Below, piece by piece: positions 7,609 through 17,131 of a stretch of 20,000 nt of DNA (positions are counted from its first letter, which is position 1; each line of letters starts with the position of its first letter). A model generated the notes under the pieces. That model ran no database searches and was not told where the DNA came from. It was given only the letters and a program-made list of their open reading frames with translations. Made by a program: the position numbers and the translations under genes. The stretch comes from an uncultured virus (IMG/VR IMGVR_UViG_3300025789_000033) (Duplodnaviria; Heunggongvirae; Uroviricota; Caudoviricetes). The stretch is from IMG/VR virus record IMGVR_UViG_3300025789_000033; one strand, given 5' to 3'.

Positions 7609-7610
7609 TG

Positions 7611-9632
7611 TTATTGGTTAGCAATCATTCCAAACCCTAACCACTGACCAGGGTTACCAGCAACAGTACATACCCATCCAACATAGCTATTGGCAGTCGG
7701 CGCAGTATTCCAGCAAATATCGCCAGCATTATAAGTACCGCTTGTTGGAGATGATGTATTATTAGTAAATCGCTTGTTGCCAAGGCTAACATCACCGTTC
7801 ACAGCAAAACTTAAACTTGGATCAGGGTTATTAACACCTACTGTTAGTGCGCCAAATACTTTAACAGTTTTGCGTGTGTTGGATTTGTCACCTAACACAA
7901 TTTGATTCATATCACTGCTTAAGATGTTAGTCTGTTGGTTAGTGATGGAAACAATTCCGCCGAAGTTAATGTTAGAAGTTGTAATATCAACACTGTTTGT
8001 ACCGTCATTCAACAACAACGATTTAACTTTAACATTGCCTTGACTTGCATCTACATCGTTGCTAAATGTGCTTGGACCTGTAACGGTTAGTGATTCTAAT
8101 GATCCAACAGTGGTTAAGCTACTAGTAACAATGCTTGATCCTAATCCAGTGCTAGTAATAACACTTCGTCCACCGATCAAATAACTTTGATCAGAGTGTA
8201 GGTCTAAACTTTCGCTACTATACAATCTATCAGGGCCAGCCATCATAATCAGCTGTCTAGGCGCACCCGTTCCGGACCACACTAATCCTAATCCGTAGAT
8301 ACTAGTATCACTAGTTGCTTGGAATTGTAATGGGCTAGTTCTATCAATTCTAGTATCTGCTACTAGGTTACTAACATTCAATGTACCGTAAATATTTACA
8401 ACCGCATTTTGTCCAGCGGCATTTCCAAAGTTAACTTCTCCACTATTTTTTACAGTAATACGTGCAATATTGTCTGTAGTAATTTCAAGATCGTGACTAC
8501 TGTGAGTTCCGATCGAAGCTACATTAGTTCGTGGACTGCCAATTCCAATTTCAACATTGTTATCAACAATACTAAAACTTGCATTAGGCTCGTCTGTGCC
8601 AATACCGATTCTGTTATAGGTACTGTTAATAAAGACAAACTCACTAAGTGTAACGTCACCTGATACTGCTAGACTTTCTAGTGTACCTATTGTTCTTAAA
8701 CTACTGTTGACAATAGTTGAACCTAAAGTGCCGTTAGATAATACAGGCACATTGTCAATTCTAAAACTAGCATTTACATCTAAATCAAAATTGGCATTAG
8801 TCCATAATCTAGAACCATTACGATAAACCAGCATGTTATCACTAGTGCCAGTTACCCAATGTATACCCTGTCCATTTAACTGCTGTTCAGTGTTGGCAGT
8901 GAAGTTGCCTAGCTCAAAAGCCGCACCCGATTCTGTAATTACTTGGCTAGCTTTAATAGTTTGAGCTGTTAGGGTTCCAGTGATAGTCACAGGACCATCG
9001 ATCTCAACACTGTTATTAAATTTAGTAAGTCCGTTAATCTCAGTAGCACCGTCAACTGTCAACGCCTGTAGTCTACCTAGAGTCTTTAAGTTACTGCCAG
9101 TAACACCTACGCCTAATGCTGTTTGTGATAGAACCGGTGATCCGCTGATATAATAGCTTTGGTCTACACCTAAATCAAGTTCTATAGTAGATGCTAGTCT
9201 GCCGTTTTTGTAAAGTAGTGAACTTACAACACTCGGCCCAACTTTCCAAACGAGACCCTTGCCATTTAAATCAGCATTTTGCATGCCTGTAAATGTTAAT
9301 GGCTCTCTAGTTTCTTGTGTTACATCTGCAATTAAATTAGCAACAGTAATTGTATTTGCAACAATGTTGCCAGATATAATTAAATCTTTAAGGAATCTAG
9401 TGTCTTCAGAAACACTAATAGTTCCATCTACAGTTAAGTTTCCAGCAACTTGTACGTTACCGTCAAGTTTTTTAGTTCTAATAGTATCAACAGTAGCCAT
9501 GCCGTTAGACACGATAAGACTAGTTTGACTAGCTAAATCTTGTATACCGGTGCTTTGGAATTGTGTGATTACACCGCCGGAAACTTTGTTTCCACTTATA
9601 GAACCGTCTGGGATAATTGTATTGTCAGCCAT
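7611..9632 (-). CDS. Tail fibre-like structural protein with three internal repeats
   Basis: 673 aa, rich in G/S/T/N/V, with SSLTTVGSLESLTV-type repeats, an RIGIGTDEP fibre motif and a C-terminal PTSGTYNAGDICWN...GWVC...W module typical of phage tail proteins. Confidence 0.75.
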   Translation of the reverse strand: MADNTIIPDGSISGNKVSGGVITQFQSTGIQDLASQTSLIVSNGMATVDTIRTKKLDGNVQVAGNLTVDGTISVSEDTRFLKDLIISGNIVANTITVANLIADVTQETREPLTFTGMQNADLNGKGLVWKVGPSVVSSLLYKNGRLASTIELDLGVDQSYYISGSPVLSQTALGVGVTGSNLKTLGRLQALTVDGATEINGLTKFNNSVEIDGPVTITGTLTAQTIKASQVITESGAAFELGNFTANTEQQLNGQGIHWVTGTSDNMLVYRNGSRLWTNANFDLDVNASFRIDNVPVLSNGTLGSTIVNSSLRTIGTLESLAVSGDVTLSEFVFINSTYNRIGIGTDEPNASFSIVDNNVEIGIGSPRTNVASIGTHSSHDLEITTDNIARITVKNSGEVNFGNAAGQNAVVNIYGTLNVSNLVADTRIDRTSPLQFQATSDTSIYGLGLVWSGTGAPRQLIMMAGPDRLYSSESLDLHSDQSYLIGGRSVITSTGLGSSIVTSSLTTVGSLESLTVTGPSTFSNDVDASQGNVKVKSLLLNDGTNSVDITTSNINFGGIVSITNQQTNILSSDMNQIVLGDKSNTRKTVKVFGALTVGVNNPDPSLSFAVNGDVSLGNKRFTNNTSSPTSGTYNAGDICWNTAPTANSYVGWVCTVAGNPGQWLGFGMIANQ
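8076..9269 (-). repeat. Three ~75-aa repeats in the fibre protein
   Basis: GxGxxW...DL...(Y/F)xIxxxxV...LG...SxLxTxGxLxxLxVxG at ~9269-9048, ~8879-8658 and ~8300-8076. Confidence 0.8.
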
Positions 9633-9666
9633 GGATAAACACTCTCTTTTGAGTATTTATCCACGG
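9629..9666 (-). promoter_or_regulatory. 16-bp hairpin containing a TAAATA late-promoter motif in the 5' arm and the start codon in the 3' arm
   Basis: CCGUGGAUAAAUACUC-AAAAGA-GAGUGUUUAUCCAUGG, with two G-U pairs; TAAATA at 9654-9659. Confidence 0.75.
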
Positions 9667-9674
9667 ACTAGGAC

Positions 9675-10877
9675 TTAGTTAGATGCTTTAAGAATAATGA
9701 TTTCTTCGTTTAAACGACCATTTAGGCGTGTATCAGTGGCATTAATCTCATCTAAGAACTTACGCAACTGTATCTTACCTGCCGCTTTAAACTCTTTGAG
9801 CTTTTCTTCTGGCTTGCGTAGTGTCTTCTGTACGCTGGTAGTTTCGTTGAAACCAGTAATACTCGCACCCTTAACACCTAGTTCTTTATATTCTTCTGCA
9901 ATATATCGTCCTAGCTTACGACTTTTCGTGTTATAAGTCCACACTTCTTTAGCACCGATAATATCAGTAGGATTGATACTAACAAGTTTCAATGGCTCGC
10001 ATGATTTCATGTACTTGAGTTTAGCAACAATCTTTTCTTTAGGTTGTGATTTTTTAGCACGAGGAGCACGATTAACTTTGGCTTCTTGAGCCAGCATGTC
10101 GCATGCACTTGAAATTTCTTGATAGAAAGCAATTAAGTTACGAATTTGCTTTTTAGTACGATGACTGTATGCTTCTTTCAATTGCTCATCAGCATTACCG
10201 CTAGCAAGCTCTTCAAGCTCAGCTAAATCTCTGGCATACAAGTTTTTAATAATACGAGCATGCGCGGCTTTAACGTCCTTACCCTTGAGCAAGTTAAGTA
10301 CTTTGAACGCTTTTGGATCAAAGTTTTCTGGATCTGTTTGGAAACCTTCAATAGCATCTTCCAATTCTTCAGTCATGCGATATGATGCTTCACGTACACG
10401 TTCTTGAATTGAAGGTTGAACAACTGTAGGCTTTGCGGCTTCTGCAGCCTTAGCATCATCTTCGTCAATGTCATTTTTACCATCTGCGATGACCTGCACA
10501 ATTTGTCCACGCAACCAAGCAGATGTATCACGTCCGTCATTAAAGTCTGCACGAACTGCGGGCATGCCGCGAAGCAAACAACTAGCAATAGCACCCATTG
10601 TAGTGTTGCAACGATTGTCTTTGGTTTTCTTAAAAGCGGCAATGTCTTCTTTAGCACAGCCTACAGTAGTCATCCATTTAAGTACCGCAGGTTTTAGATC
10701 CTTACCGTTAAATTCTAAACGGTAGTATTCCATGGCGTGATGCCAATGACGCAAAAATTGATTTGCATCCATTTGTTCAACATTGTCCCACACGGGGCTG
10801 TGATCCTTAGCCGCTTTGGTACGATGAGCAGTTACCTGCTTTTTAGTAACTCGAGTTTTGGTTGCTACTTTAGCCAT
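9675..10877 (-). CDS. Hypothetical phage protein (400 aa, charged, likely helical; probable early gene)
   Basis: Long ORF with an AGGAG RBS and a consensus sigma70 promoter; no recognisable catalytic motif. Confidence 0.85.
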   Translation of the reverse strand: MAKVATKTRVTKKQVTAHRTKAAKDHSPVWDNVEQMDANQFLRHWHHAMEYYRLEFNGKDLKPAVLKWMTTVGCAKEDIAAFKKTKDNRCNTTMGAIASCLLRGMPAVRADFNDGRDTSAWLRGQIVQVIADGKNDIDEDDAKAAEAAKPTVVQPSIQERVREASYRMTEELEDAIEGFQTDPENFDPKAFKVLNLLKGKDVKAAHARIIKNLYARDLAELEELASGNADEQLKEAYSHRTKKQIRNLIAFYQEISSACDMLAQEAKVNRAPRAKKSQPKEKIVAKLKYMKSCEPLKLVSINPTDIIGAKEVWTYNTKSRKLGRYIAEEYKELGVKGASITGFNETTSVQKTLRKPEEKLKEFKAAGKIQLRKFLDEINATDTRLNGRLNEEIIILKASN

Positions 10878-10908
10878 TTTTCACTCCTGTGTGTTAAACA
10901 ATATACAT

Positions 10909-10937
10909 ATTATAGCAGTATTCATTGCCGGTGTCAA
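10909..10937 (-). promoter_or_regulatory. Consensus sigma70 promoter (early-type)
   Basis: TTGACA-17 nt-TATAAT with an extended -10 TG. Confidence 0.85.
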
Positions 10938-11845
10938 CCTAAAGATCTATTTAAAATTTTGGTTTTTATACCTTCGCCCAGCCTTTCAGCAGTTCGACAG
11001 TTCCATTTTTCACCAAAATGCATAACATCTCGAGCCAAATTCTCAGGTAACATTTCCCCTTTAGAAATATCTGCCCAAATTATATCGTCAAAAGTGATGT
11101 TCAATTGCTGTTCCCACATTGTATCATAAGTCCAATTATATACAGGAATATCAGCCAGTCTCCATAGCGACATAGTTGAATGGTACATCATTAAAGAATT
11201 ATACTCGTCTGCTTTATGTTTAACCATCATGTTGTAGAATGTAGATAAGTAGGGCTCGCCTTCATGCAGGTCCCATGGGCCGAGCATTCCACTTTTTTCT
11301 AAACTTTTATACATCATTCTGCTAGGGTCGGGCCATTGTATAATTACAAATTTTGGTCTAATACTAGTTGAGTTTTTTAAAAATAATAATGAGTTTAGAT
11401 AAACCAATTCAGCACTTCCACCACCCTTGGCATGATTAATCACAGGCATATTTAATTTTTCACTTAGAATGGTTGACCACATTTCATCTTCAGCTAGCCC
11501 TTCCCCTTCAGTAAAACTACAACCAAAGACCATAAAGAAATTACCATCAGTTACTTCAGATAATTCCTTACTTCTATAACCTAATTTATTACGAGTATAG
11601 GTAATTTTTTTAGTAGCATACTTCCAAGTAGGTCCCATCTTTTCTAAATTTACTGAGTCATAAAGTTTTTTACTGTCAACACCTGACCATTCATATACTA
11701 GGTCGCCATTTGGGTTGTACGGTGGAGGAAAGGCTACAGCAATTCCGTTATAATTATCAACTTGATTGATAAATTTATCTTCAAATCCAGGATGATGATC
11801 ACGGTGATTAGCCGGGTTATCCATGTTTACTTCGTCTTTAATCAT
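10934..11845 (-). CDS. SGNH/GDSL-like hydrolase or acyltransferase-fold protein
   Basis: FGCSFTEG (block I with GCS), INHAKGGGS, VIIQWP and C-terminal RDVMHFG (DxxH). Confidence 0.7.
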   Translation of the reverse strand: MIKDEVNMDNPANHRDHHPGFEDKFINQVDNYNGIAVAFPPPYNPNGDLVYEWSGVDSKKLYDSVNLEKMGPTWKYATKKITYTRNKLGYRSKELSEVTDGNFFMVFGCSFTEGEGLAEDEMWSTILSEKLNMPVINHAKGGGSAELVYLNSLLFLKNSTSIRPKFVIIQWPDPSRMMYKSLEKSGMLGPWDLHEGEPYLSTFYNMMVKHKADEYNSLMMYHSTMSLWRLADIPVYNWTYDTMWEQQLNITFDDIIWADISKGEMLPENLARDVMHFGEKWNCRTAERLGEGIKTKILNRSLG

Positions 11846-13202
11846 TCACTAATTCCTTGCATGTTTGATAAAAATTATTCATTTCTGGAAATGTTTTTAT
11901 AAAATCAGTGTTACGTCTAGAATCGTGCTCATTAAACCAAGCATAAAAATCATTTCTTCCTGTATTTAAAGTTTCTTGAGAATATGTTGTAGTTTCCATA
12001 TAATCAACTACTCTTCGAAATTTTTCATATTCTAATTCTGAAAATTTATCACTTGCATGCCCAAGATTATCTTTTATAAAATTTAAACTAGTATGCATAT
12101 ATGGCATGAACTCTTCTTTGGGAAGAATGTTTATATCATATTGCAAGGGTTCTTTAAGATAAGGAGTGTCAAATCTAATTCTATGCTGTTCAAGTTGCGG
12201 ATACCATCCATATAGTCTACGCCATTCTAACAATTTTTCTAATAGAGTCTTAAACCCAGTCACTGATAACGCATTAAATGTTATCATAAATGTAATTGGA
12301 TTTTTAGTTTTCAACATGTATGTGTGAAAATTGTATTCCCAAGACTTTAAGTCTAAACCTGTTCGAATATATTCTGCAGGAGCACCCCAGGTATCTAAAC
12401 TAGTAAACAGTTTAAATCCTTTAATCTTTTTTTCAAGTCTAAGTTTTTCAACTTTTTCAGCCAGTCGTTCAACTAGAATAGGCTTAACGCCTAGGTTACT
12501 GTTAATATTTAATTCTAAGTTTGGCAAAGGATTACGATCCAAATCTTCTAATAATCGCCAAGTTGATTTTTGTAATAATGGCTCGCCACCTGTAATACGT
12601 AAAATGTTTAGTGTCTTGCTAACAGTTGGCCACCATTTCCACCATGCTTCTACATATGGGTTTGTTTCTTCATCATATATAACCAATTTGTCAATACCAA
12701 AATAATGATTCTTAACAGGATACGGACCGTGTTCTTTGATTTCTTTATAGTAGGCGCTTGATGCTTTAGGATGACAGTACCCGCATTTGAAATTACATTC
12801 GTTGCCAAACGACACTTCAATATATTCAGGATTAACATTAAAGTCTGGACCTTCTGCAACAATTTCGTTAAGGCGGCTTTCTGTGTATATACTAGCATTG
12901 CGCTCATGTCGGTCGCTAATATAGTCTTCGCCTAGTGCTTCAATATTCCAACAGTATTGGCATCCACTAGGCTTCTCGCCGTTTAACATTTCTAAACGTT
13001 GAGTTTTCTTTTCATTTGTATTATGAATAGCACTAGGATTAAATTTAATCTCATCTAACGGAATAGTATGCGGGGCAGGGTGATAACAACTATGTGTTTC
13101 ACCTGACTGCAAATAGATAGTAGTATGATGCCATTTAGCAAGACAGAATGTTTTACTAACTGTATCGGTTATATCTTTTATTTCAAATATCTTTTGTTTC
13201 AT
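11838..13202 (-). CDS. Radical SAM protein with N-terminal twitch/SPASM-like Cys cluster
   Basis: CNFKCGYC (CxxxCxxC), TGGEPLL and INSNL; N-terminal CLAKW...SCYHP...CQYCW. Confidence 0.9.
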   Translation of the reverse strand: MKQKIFEIKDITDTVSKTFCLAKWHHTTIYLQSGETHSCYHPAPHTIPLDEIKFNPSAIHNTNEKKTQRLEMLNGEKPSGCQYCWNIEALGEDYISDRHERNASIYTESRLNEIVAEGPDFNVNPEYIEVSFGNECNFKCGYCHPKASSAYYKEIKEHGPYPVKNHYFGIDKLVIYDEETNPYVEAWWKWWPTVSKTLNILRITGGEPLLQKSTWRLLEDLDRNPLPNLELNINSNLGVKPILVERLAEKVEKLRLEKKIKGFKLFTSLDTWGAPAEYIRTGLDLKSWEYNFHTYMLKTKNPITFMITFNALSVTGFKTLLEKLLEWRRLYGWYPQLEQHRIRFDTPYLKEPLQYDINILPKEEFMPYMHTSLNFIKDNLGHASDKFSELEYEKFRRVVDYMETTTYSQETLNTGRNDFYAWFNEHDSRRNTDFIKTFPEMNNFYQTCKELVND

Positions 13203-13774
13203 TTATCTTTCATAATATAGTGTACACCGATGCTTATCCGTAATGGACTATTCTTAGGTGCTTCAGCTTTATGATGAATATTCGCCGGAAACAAAACTGC
13301 TCTGCCTTTTTTGTACTGACATCTAAAGATTTCAGTTTTATGATCAGTGTCGTAAAACACTGTGTCACCGTCACTATCATTTACATAGTAAACTAGTACC
13401 CAGGCAATCGGATCTGGATAATCAATATGAGGATTAAGATCAAACCCTCGTAAGGTTCCATTAAACCGCACCCGTGCTAGTCTAACTACTTCTAAGTCCG
13501 GCAACGCTTTAGGTATTACATCAATAGTTAGCGCATCATTTATTAACTTGTTGATACTGTGAAACTCGTTAACTTCTCGATTGGTCAAATCAAATGTTAT
13601 ATAGCTCAATGCCCATTCTTTTCCAGCATCATGCATTGCATCAATTTCAATCCAACTCCATGGGATGCCCTTACTAATTTTTTCTATGTAAGTTTCAAAC
13701 CATGGTGGGAATATATCATCAAGTACGATAATTTTACTAGTATCTACTTCGTCTTTTAATTTTCTTAGGTCCAT
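13199..13774 (-). CDS. 2OG-Fe(II) oxygenase superfamily protein
   Basis: HID...YYVNDSDGDT...H...RIS: an HxD...H triad plus the 2OG-binding RxS. Confidence 0.88.
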   Translation of the reverse strand: MDLRKLKDEVDTSKIIVLDDIFPPWFETYIEKISKGIPWSWIEIDAMHDAGKEWALSYITFDLTNREVNEFHSINKLINDALTIDVIPKALPDLEVVRLARVRFNGTLRGFDLNPHIDYPDPIAWVLVYYVNDSDGDTVFYDTDHKTEIFRCQYKKGRAVLFPANIHHKAEAPKNSPLRISIGVHYIMKDK

Positions 13775-14595
13775 AGACTTTGACGGATTTTGATTAGACG
13801 AATCATCATAGCTTCGTCTTCTGCTTCATAAGCCTTTTCAATCTTTTGAAGTAGCTTGTGTGCTTTGTCACTAGCCTTTTTCAGTTCAGGATCTTTTGGT
13901 TCGCTAAAACTCAAACGGCCACCGTTAGCCGCCCGTTGTGCCTCGCAGGCCGCGGTCCAGCCACTTGCTTCATAAGGATCTGGACGATTGCGGTATGTGG
14001 TAGTCCACCAAGTGTACAACTCGATAATTTCTTTTGCGGCAATGGCTTGATAAGTTGGCTCTGCCTTGTGCTTTTCACCTTCTTCCAAAAACTCTTCGTT
14101 AGTAAGAGTACTTGCCCATGTCAAATAGGCTAAGCCGGCTTCTGGGCAACGCCAAGTGCGCCAGCGCAACCATCCGCTACGGTACCAAGGAACATTGTAC
14201 TTTACTCGTTCCTCGTCATTCCACATTACATAGTGCCATGCTTGTTCGATTTCAACAAAGTTAACAAGTTCGTTAAAAAGACAAGGGAGAAACCGATTAC
14301 CAACGTCACTCCAATTACCAGGACGGATATCACGAGGGTGGGCAGTAAGAGCGTGACTCTTACTAACCCAACGATTGTTGATGTAGTATCTGATGTCATT
14401 TAATCGGTTCATAGGCCAGTTTACAAAGTTTTGTACTGCATCCAACGCTTCTTCGGCTACCCAATAACGAAAATTGTGACGCATTTGAGCAGTAGTACGC
14501 CACTCGTCCCACTCCTCGCTTGTAGCCGCACCTAGTTTAGCAGTACCTCGAATCCAATCTGCAAACTTACTGCATGACCAATAATTGTTTCTCAT
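13765..14595 (-). CDS. Hypothetical Trp-rich phage protein
   Basis: 276-aa ORF with an AAGGA RBS, tightly packed in the ligase operon. Confidence 0.8.
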   Translation of the reverse strand: MRNNYWSCSKFADWIRGTAKLGAATSEEWDEWRTTAQMRHNFRYWVAEEALDAVQNFVNWPMNRLNDIRYYINNRWVSKSHALTAHPRDIRPGNWSDVGNRFLPCLFNELVNFVEIEQAWHYVMWNDEERVKYNVPWYRSGWLRWRTWRCPEAGLAYLTWASTLTNEEFLEEGEKHKAEPTYQAIAAKEIIELYTWWTTTYRNRPDPYEASGWTAACEAQRAANGGRLSFSEPKDPELKKASDKAHKLLQKIEKAYEAEDEAMMIRLIKIRQSLWT

Positions 14596-14596
14596 T

Positions 14597-14965
14597 TTAT
14601 TCCTTAATAAATTGTGCCAGCTGTGGAGGTTCCCAGCCCACAGGCTTCAATACCTTACCATCTTCACGCTTTCGTACTTTACCTGTATCTTTATCAATCT
14701 TAGCAAAGTTAGTACGCATTACTTCTTTCCAACCACCTTCTGCATCAAACCCTGCTGAATGAATAGCACCAATAGTAACAACTAATATGTCAATCAGCGC
14801 ATCTAACGTTTCAACTTGATCATTATTATTAATAGCTTCTTTGAGCTCTTTAAATTCTTCGTCAATTAAATTAACATATAATTTAAATTGATTGTGATTA
14901 AAACCTTCAACTGATTGGTCACATGCCCGCATAAATTTTTCTTGATCACGAAATGGATTTGTCAT
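14597..14965 (-). CDS. MazG-like / all-alpha NTP pyrophosphohydrolase
   Basis: LIDEEFKEL...ETLDALIDILVV...EVMRTNFAK...REDGKVLKP pattern. Confidence 0.85.
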   Translation of the reverse strand: MTNPFRDQEKFMRACDQSVEGFNHNQFKLYVNLIDEEFKELKEAINNNDQVETLDALIDILVVTIGAIHSAGFDAEGGWKEVMRTNFAKIDKDTGKVRKREDGKVLKPVGWEPPQLAQFIKE

Positions 14966-16290
14966 TATATTTTTTCACCTTTTGTAAAACCACGGAATCC
15001 TTTAAATCGAGGAAACCGTAAACTGTATGTACCGTCTTGATTCTGTGTTACTGCATCTGCTCTTACCTCGACGATATTGCCAAGTAATTCACTACGTGAA
15101 TTCCAAAAAGAATCACGATTACTATCAGTAAAACCTGAACCCACATTAACTTTGATCGCTTTTCCATCATCAACTCCTTCACACACAAATGCACCAAGTT
15201 TACCTACGTTTTTACCTGTGCCTTCTTCTACTGCAACTACTTCCAATGATACTTCAATAAATGGCTTTAACTTCAACCATGCAACGCTACGCTTACATTC
15301 ATACCCAGCATTAGGATCTTTAATCATAATACCTTCGTAACCGCCCGCAACTGCCTTGGCATTAATTTCTTTATAACGAGCTTGTCCTTCGTCTGTGTCC
15401 AAATCAACTAGCTCGTTGGCAACATAGGTCACATTAGGCAACAATGCTTGATTAGTTTCAACCCAAAACTTAACCATGCTACTGCGTGTGGTTTGATCTT
15501 TATCATACACACTTTGCTCAAAGTCTGCTAAGGGTAGCACATCAAACAGGTTAAGGATAGCATCACCTGCTTCTACATTGTCCTTGCGGTGTACTTGCTT
15601 CATCAAGTCCTGGAAACTAGAGCTCATAATCTCGCCATCTAGTACAACGTCCATACTCTTACTAGAACCTTTTTGCTTGATTACGCTGGCAATCTGTTCT
15701 GCTATGTGAGGAAAGTTATTAAGTTCTTTGCCATTACGGCTAAACATGTCAACACGGCCGTCAGCACGAACGATTGTAATAACACGGACACCGTCAAGTT
15801 TGACTTCGATGAGTTTCTTCCCTGTGACCTTAGCTTCGTGATTAGCACTGTCATGAGCAAGCTGACAACCAAAAACGGGAATAGCGTAACTAGCATATTT
15901 TTTCTCTACTACTTTGTTAATTGTTTTTTCGCTTACACCACAGCGTAAGTCTTTAATAAGGATACGACGATACCAGCCATTCCATTCTTTCTGTGTGGCT
16001 TGTTTAATTAATGCATCAACGGCATCACGGGCGGCATTGCCTGTGAGGTCACGATTACGTAAACGCTCAACGATGCCAATAAAAGTATTCCAATCAAGCC
16101 CAGGGCCATCTTCATCTTGTTTCTCCGGTATTTGTTTAAGTCCAAACGTAATCATTGAATCTAGTGCTAAACGGCAACCTTCAAAGAACTCATTATTACC
16201 ATCTTGGGCAATGACTTCGATAATAGCTTCTTTGTTTAGGCGTGATGGGTGACTTTCCAAATCCCAAATGTGATCAGCACAACGACTCAT
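14965..16290 (-). CDS. lig: ATP-dependent DNA ligase
   Basis: EVKLDGVR (KxDG), SRNGK, LDGEI, EGIMIK, WLKLKP, VGSGF and SLRFPRF motifs. Confidence 0.95.
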   Translation of the reverse strand: MSRCADHIWDLESHPSRLNKEAIIEVIAQDGNNEFFEGCRLALDSMITFGLKQIPEKQDEDGPGLDWNTFIGIVERLRNRDLTGNAARDAVDALIKQATQKEWNGWYRRILIKDLRCGVSEKTINKVVEKKYASYAIPVFGCQLAHDSANHEAKVTGKKLIEVKLDGVRVITIVRADGRVDMFSRNGKELNNFPHIAEQIASVIKQKGSSKSMDVVLDGEIMSSSFQDLMKQVHRKDNVEAGDAILNLFDVLPLADFEQSVYDKDQTTRSSMVKFWVETNQALLPNVTYVANELVDLDTDEGQARYKEINAKAVAGGYEGIMIKDPNAGYECKRSVAWLKLKPFIEVSLEVVAVEEGTGKNVGKLGAFVCEGVDDGKAIKVNVGSGFTDSNRDSFWNSRSELLGNIVEVRADAVTQNQDGTYSLRFPRFKGFRGFTKGEKI

Positions 16291-16320
16291 AATAGCTCCA
16301 ATAGTTAACTGTATCTATGT

Positions 16321-16349
16321 ATTATACAGTCTAATTATCAGTATGTCAA
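16321..16349 (-). promoter_or_regulatory. Consensus sigma70 promoter for the ligase operon
   Basis: TTGACA-17 nt-TATAAT, followed by GGAG and the ATG at 16290. Confidence 0.85.
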
Positions 16350-17063
16350 GTAGTTTGTGGTCTTAAATGGCTTGCCGTAGTAGGCATTTTCCAATTGGCG
16401 TATAACTAGATTTCGCATACGTCGTATAATTGGATGATTGTGATTCCAATTGAATGCTTTTAAATAATCACACCAAGTAGAATTTTTGTGTCTGCGACAT
16501 TGGTTTGAATCTAAGTATTGTCCAATAGCAGTAGGGTTGTATCCAAACCGATCAATTAATTCACATGCAGAATTAAATGCGTGGGCACCCATTTCGTCAG
16601 TATCTCCGTAGTACTCTTGTTTTCTACGGTCTTTGGCATATTCTGCTGTGCTCTGATATCCCGGAATGTTTTTAAAATTACGACTGCGAAATTGTCGCAT
16701 GTGTACTATTTCGTGTAGTACAACATCTGCAAACCGAATAGCCATGCGCTTGAATCGATAGTGTGTTAATTTTATTTTAGTATCATTAGGATTATAATTA
16801 AAATTAACCTCAATTGACGGTTTTTCTTTAGCATCTAATATACTGTAATAAACTCCTCCCATAAAAACAAAACCTGGGGTAGTCGGAGCATACAGACACT
16901 TTTTAAGTTTAATAGGTAAGTGTGATTTAACGTGCTTGTTAATACGTTTTTGAATTTGGCTAGGAGATAGCTCCTTGCCCACTATTTCACTGTTAAGCGA
17001 ATAGAACATAGAGTACAGATTACTTCGGGTAATTTCCGACCAATCAAACGGTAGTTGGGCCAC
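16338..17063 (-). CDS. HExxH zincin-like putative metallopeptidase
   Basis: VLHEIVHMRQ with downstream YY...DEMGAHA as candidate third ligand; GTG start with AGGAG. Confidence 0.65.
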   Translation of the reverse strand: MAQLPFDWSEITRSNLYSMFYSLNSEIVGKELSPSQIQKRINKHVKSHLPIKLKKCLYAPTTPGFVFMGGVYYSILDAKEKPSIEVNFNYNPNDTKIKLTHYRFKRMAIRFADVVLHEIVHMRQFRSRNFKNIPGYQSTAEYAKDRRKQEYYGDTDEMGAHAFNSACELIDRFGYNPTAIGQYLDSNQCRRHKNSTWCDYLKAFNWNHNHPIIRRMRNLVIRQLENAYYGKPFKTTNYLTY

Positions 17064-17069
17064 AGCACA

Positions 17070-17100
17070 CTCCTAGATATACTATTTATAGTATACTAGG
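17070..17100 (-). promoter_or_regulatory. TATAAATA late promoter at the apex of a hairpin that overlaps the RBS
   Basis: CCUAGUAUACUA-UAAA-UAGUAUAUCUAGG-AG, 12 bp with one bulge; exact T4 late consensus at 17083-17090. Confidence 0.75.
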
Positions 17101-17131
17101 CTTACCAATTATCTACGTATTTTATGGGGTA

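Noticed and set aside
9629..9666. Hairpin as a rho-independent terminator
   Set aside because: No U-tract follows on the minus strand and the stem contains the next gene's start codon, so translational occlusion fits better.
11828..13756. 12-bp direct repeat TACTTCGTCTTT (encoding KDEV) near the starts of the SGNH and 2OG genes
   Set aside because: Several 12-mer matches are expected by chance in 20 kb of AT-rich DNA, and there is no other sign of a mobile-element boundary.
4190..16252. Numerous 60-130 aa antisense or out-of-frame ORFs inside identified genes
   Set aside because: They overlap well-supported genes and show no recognisable motifs.
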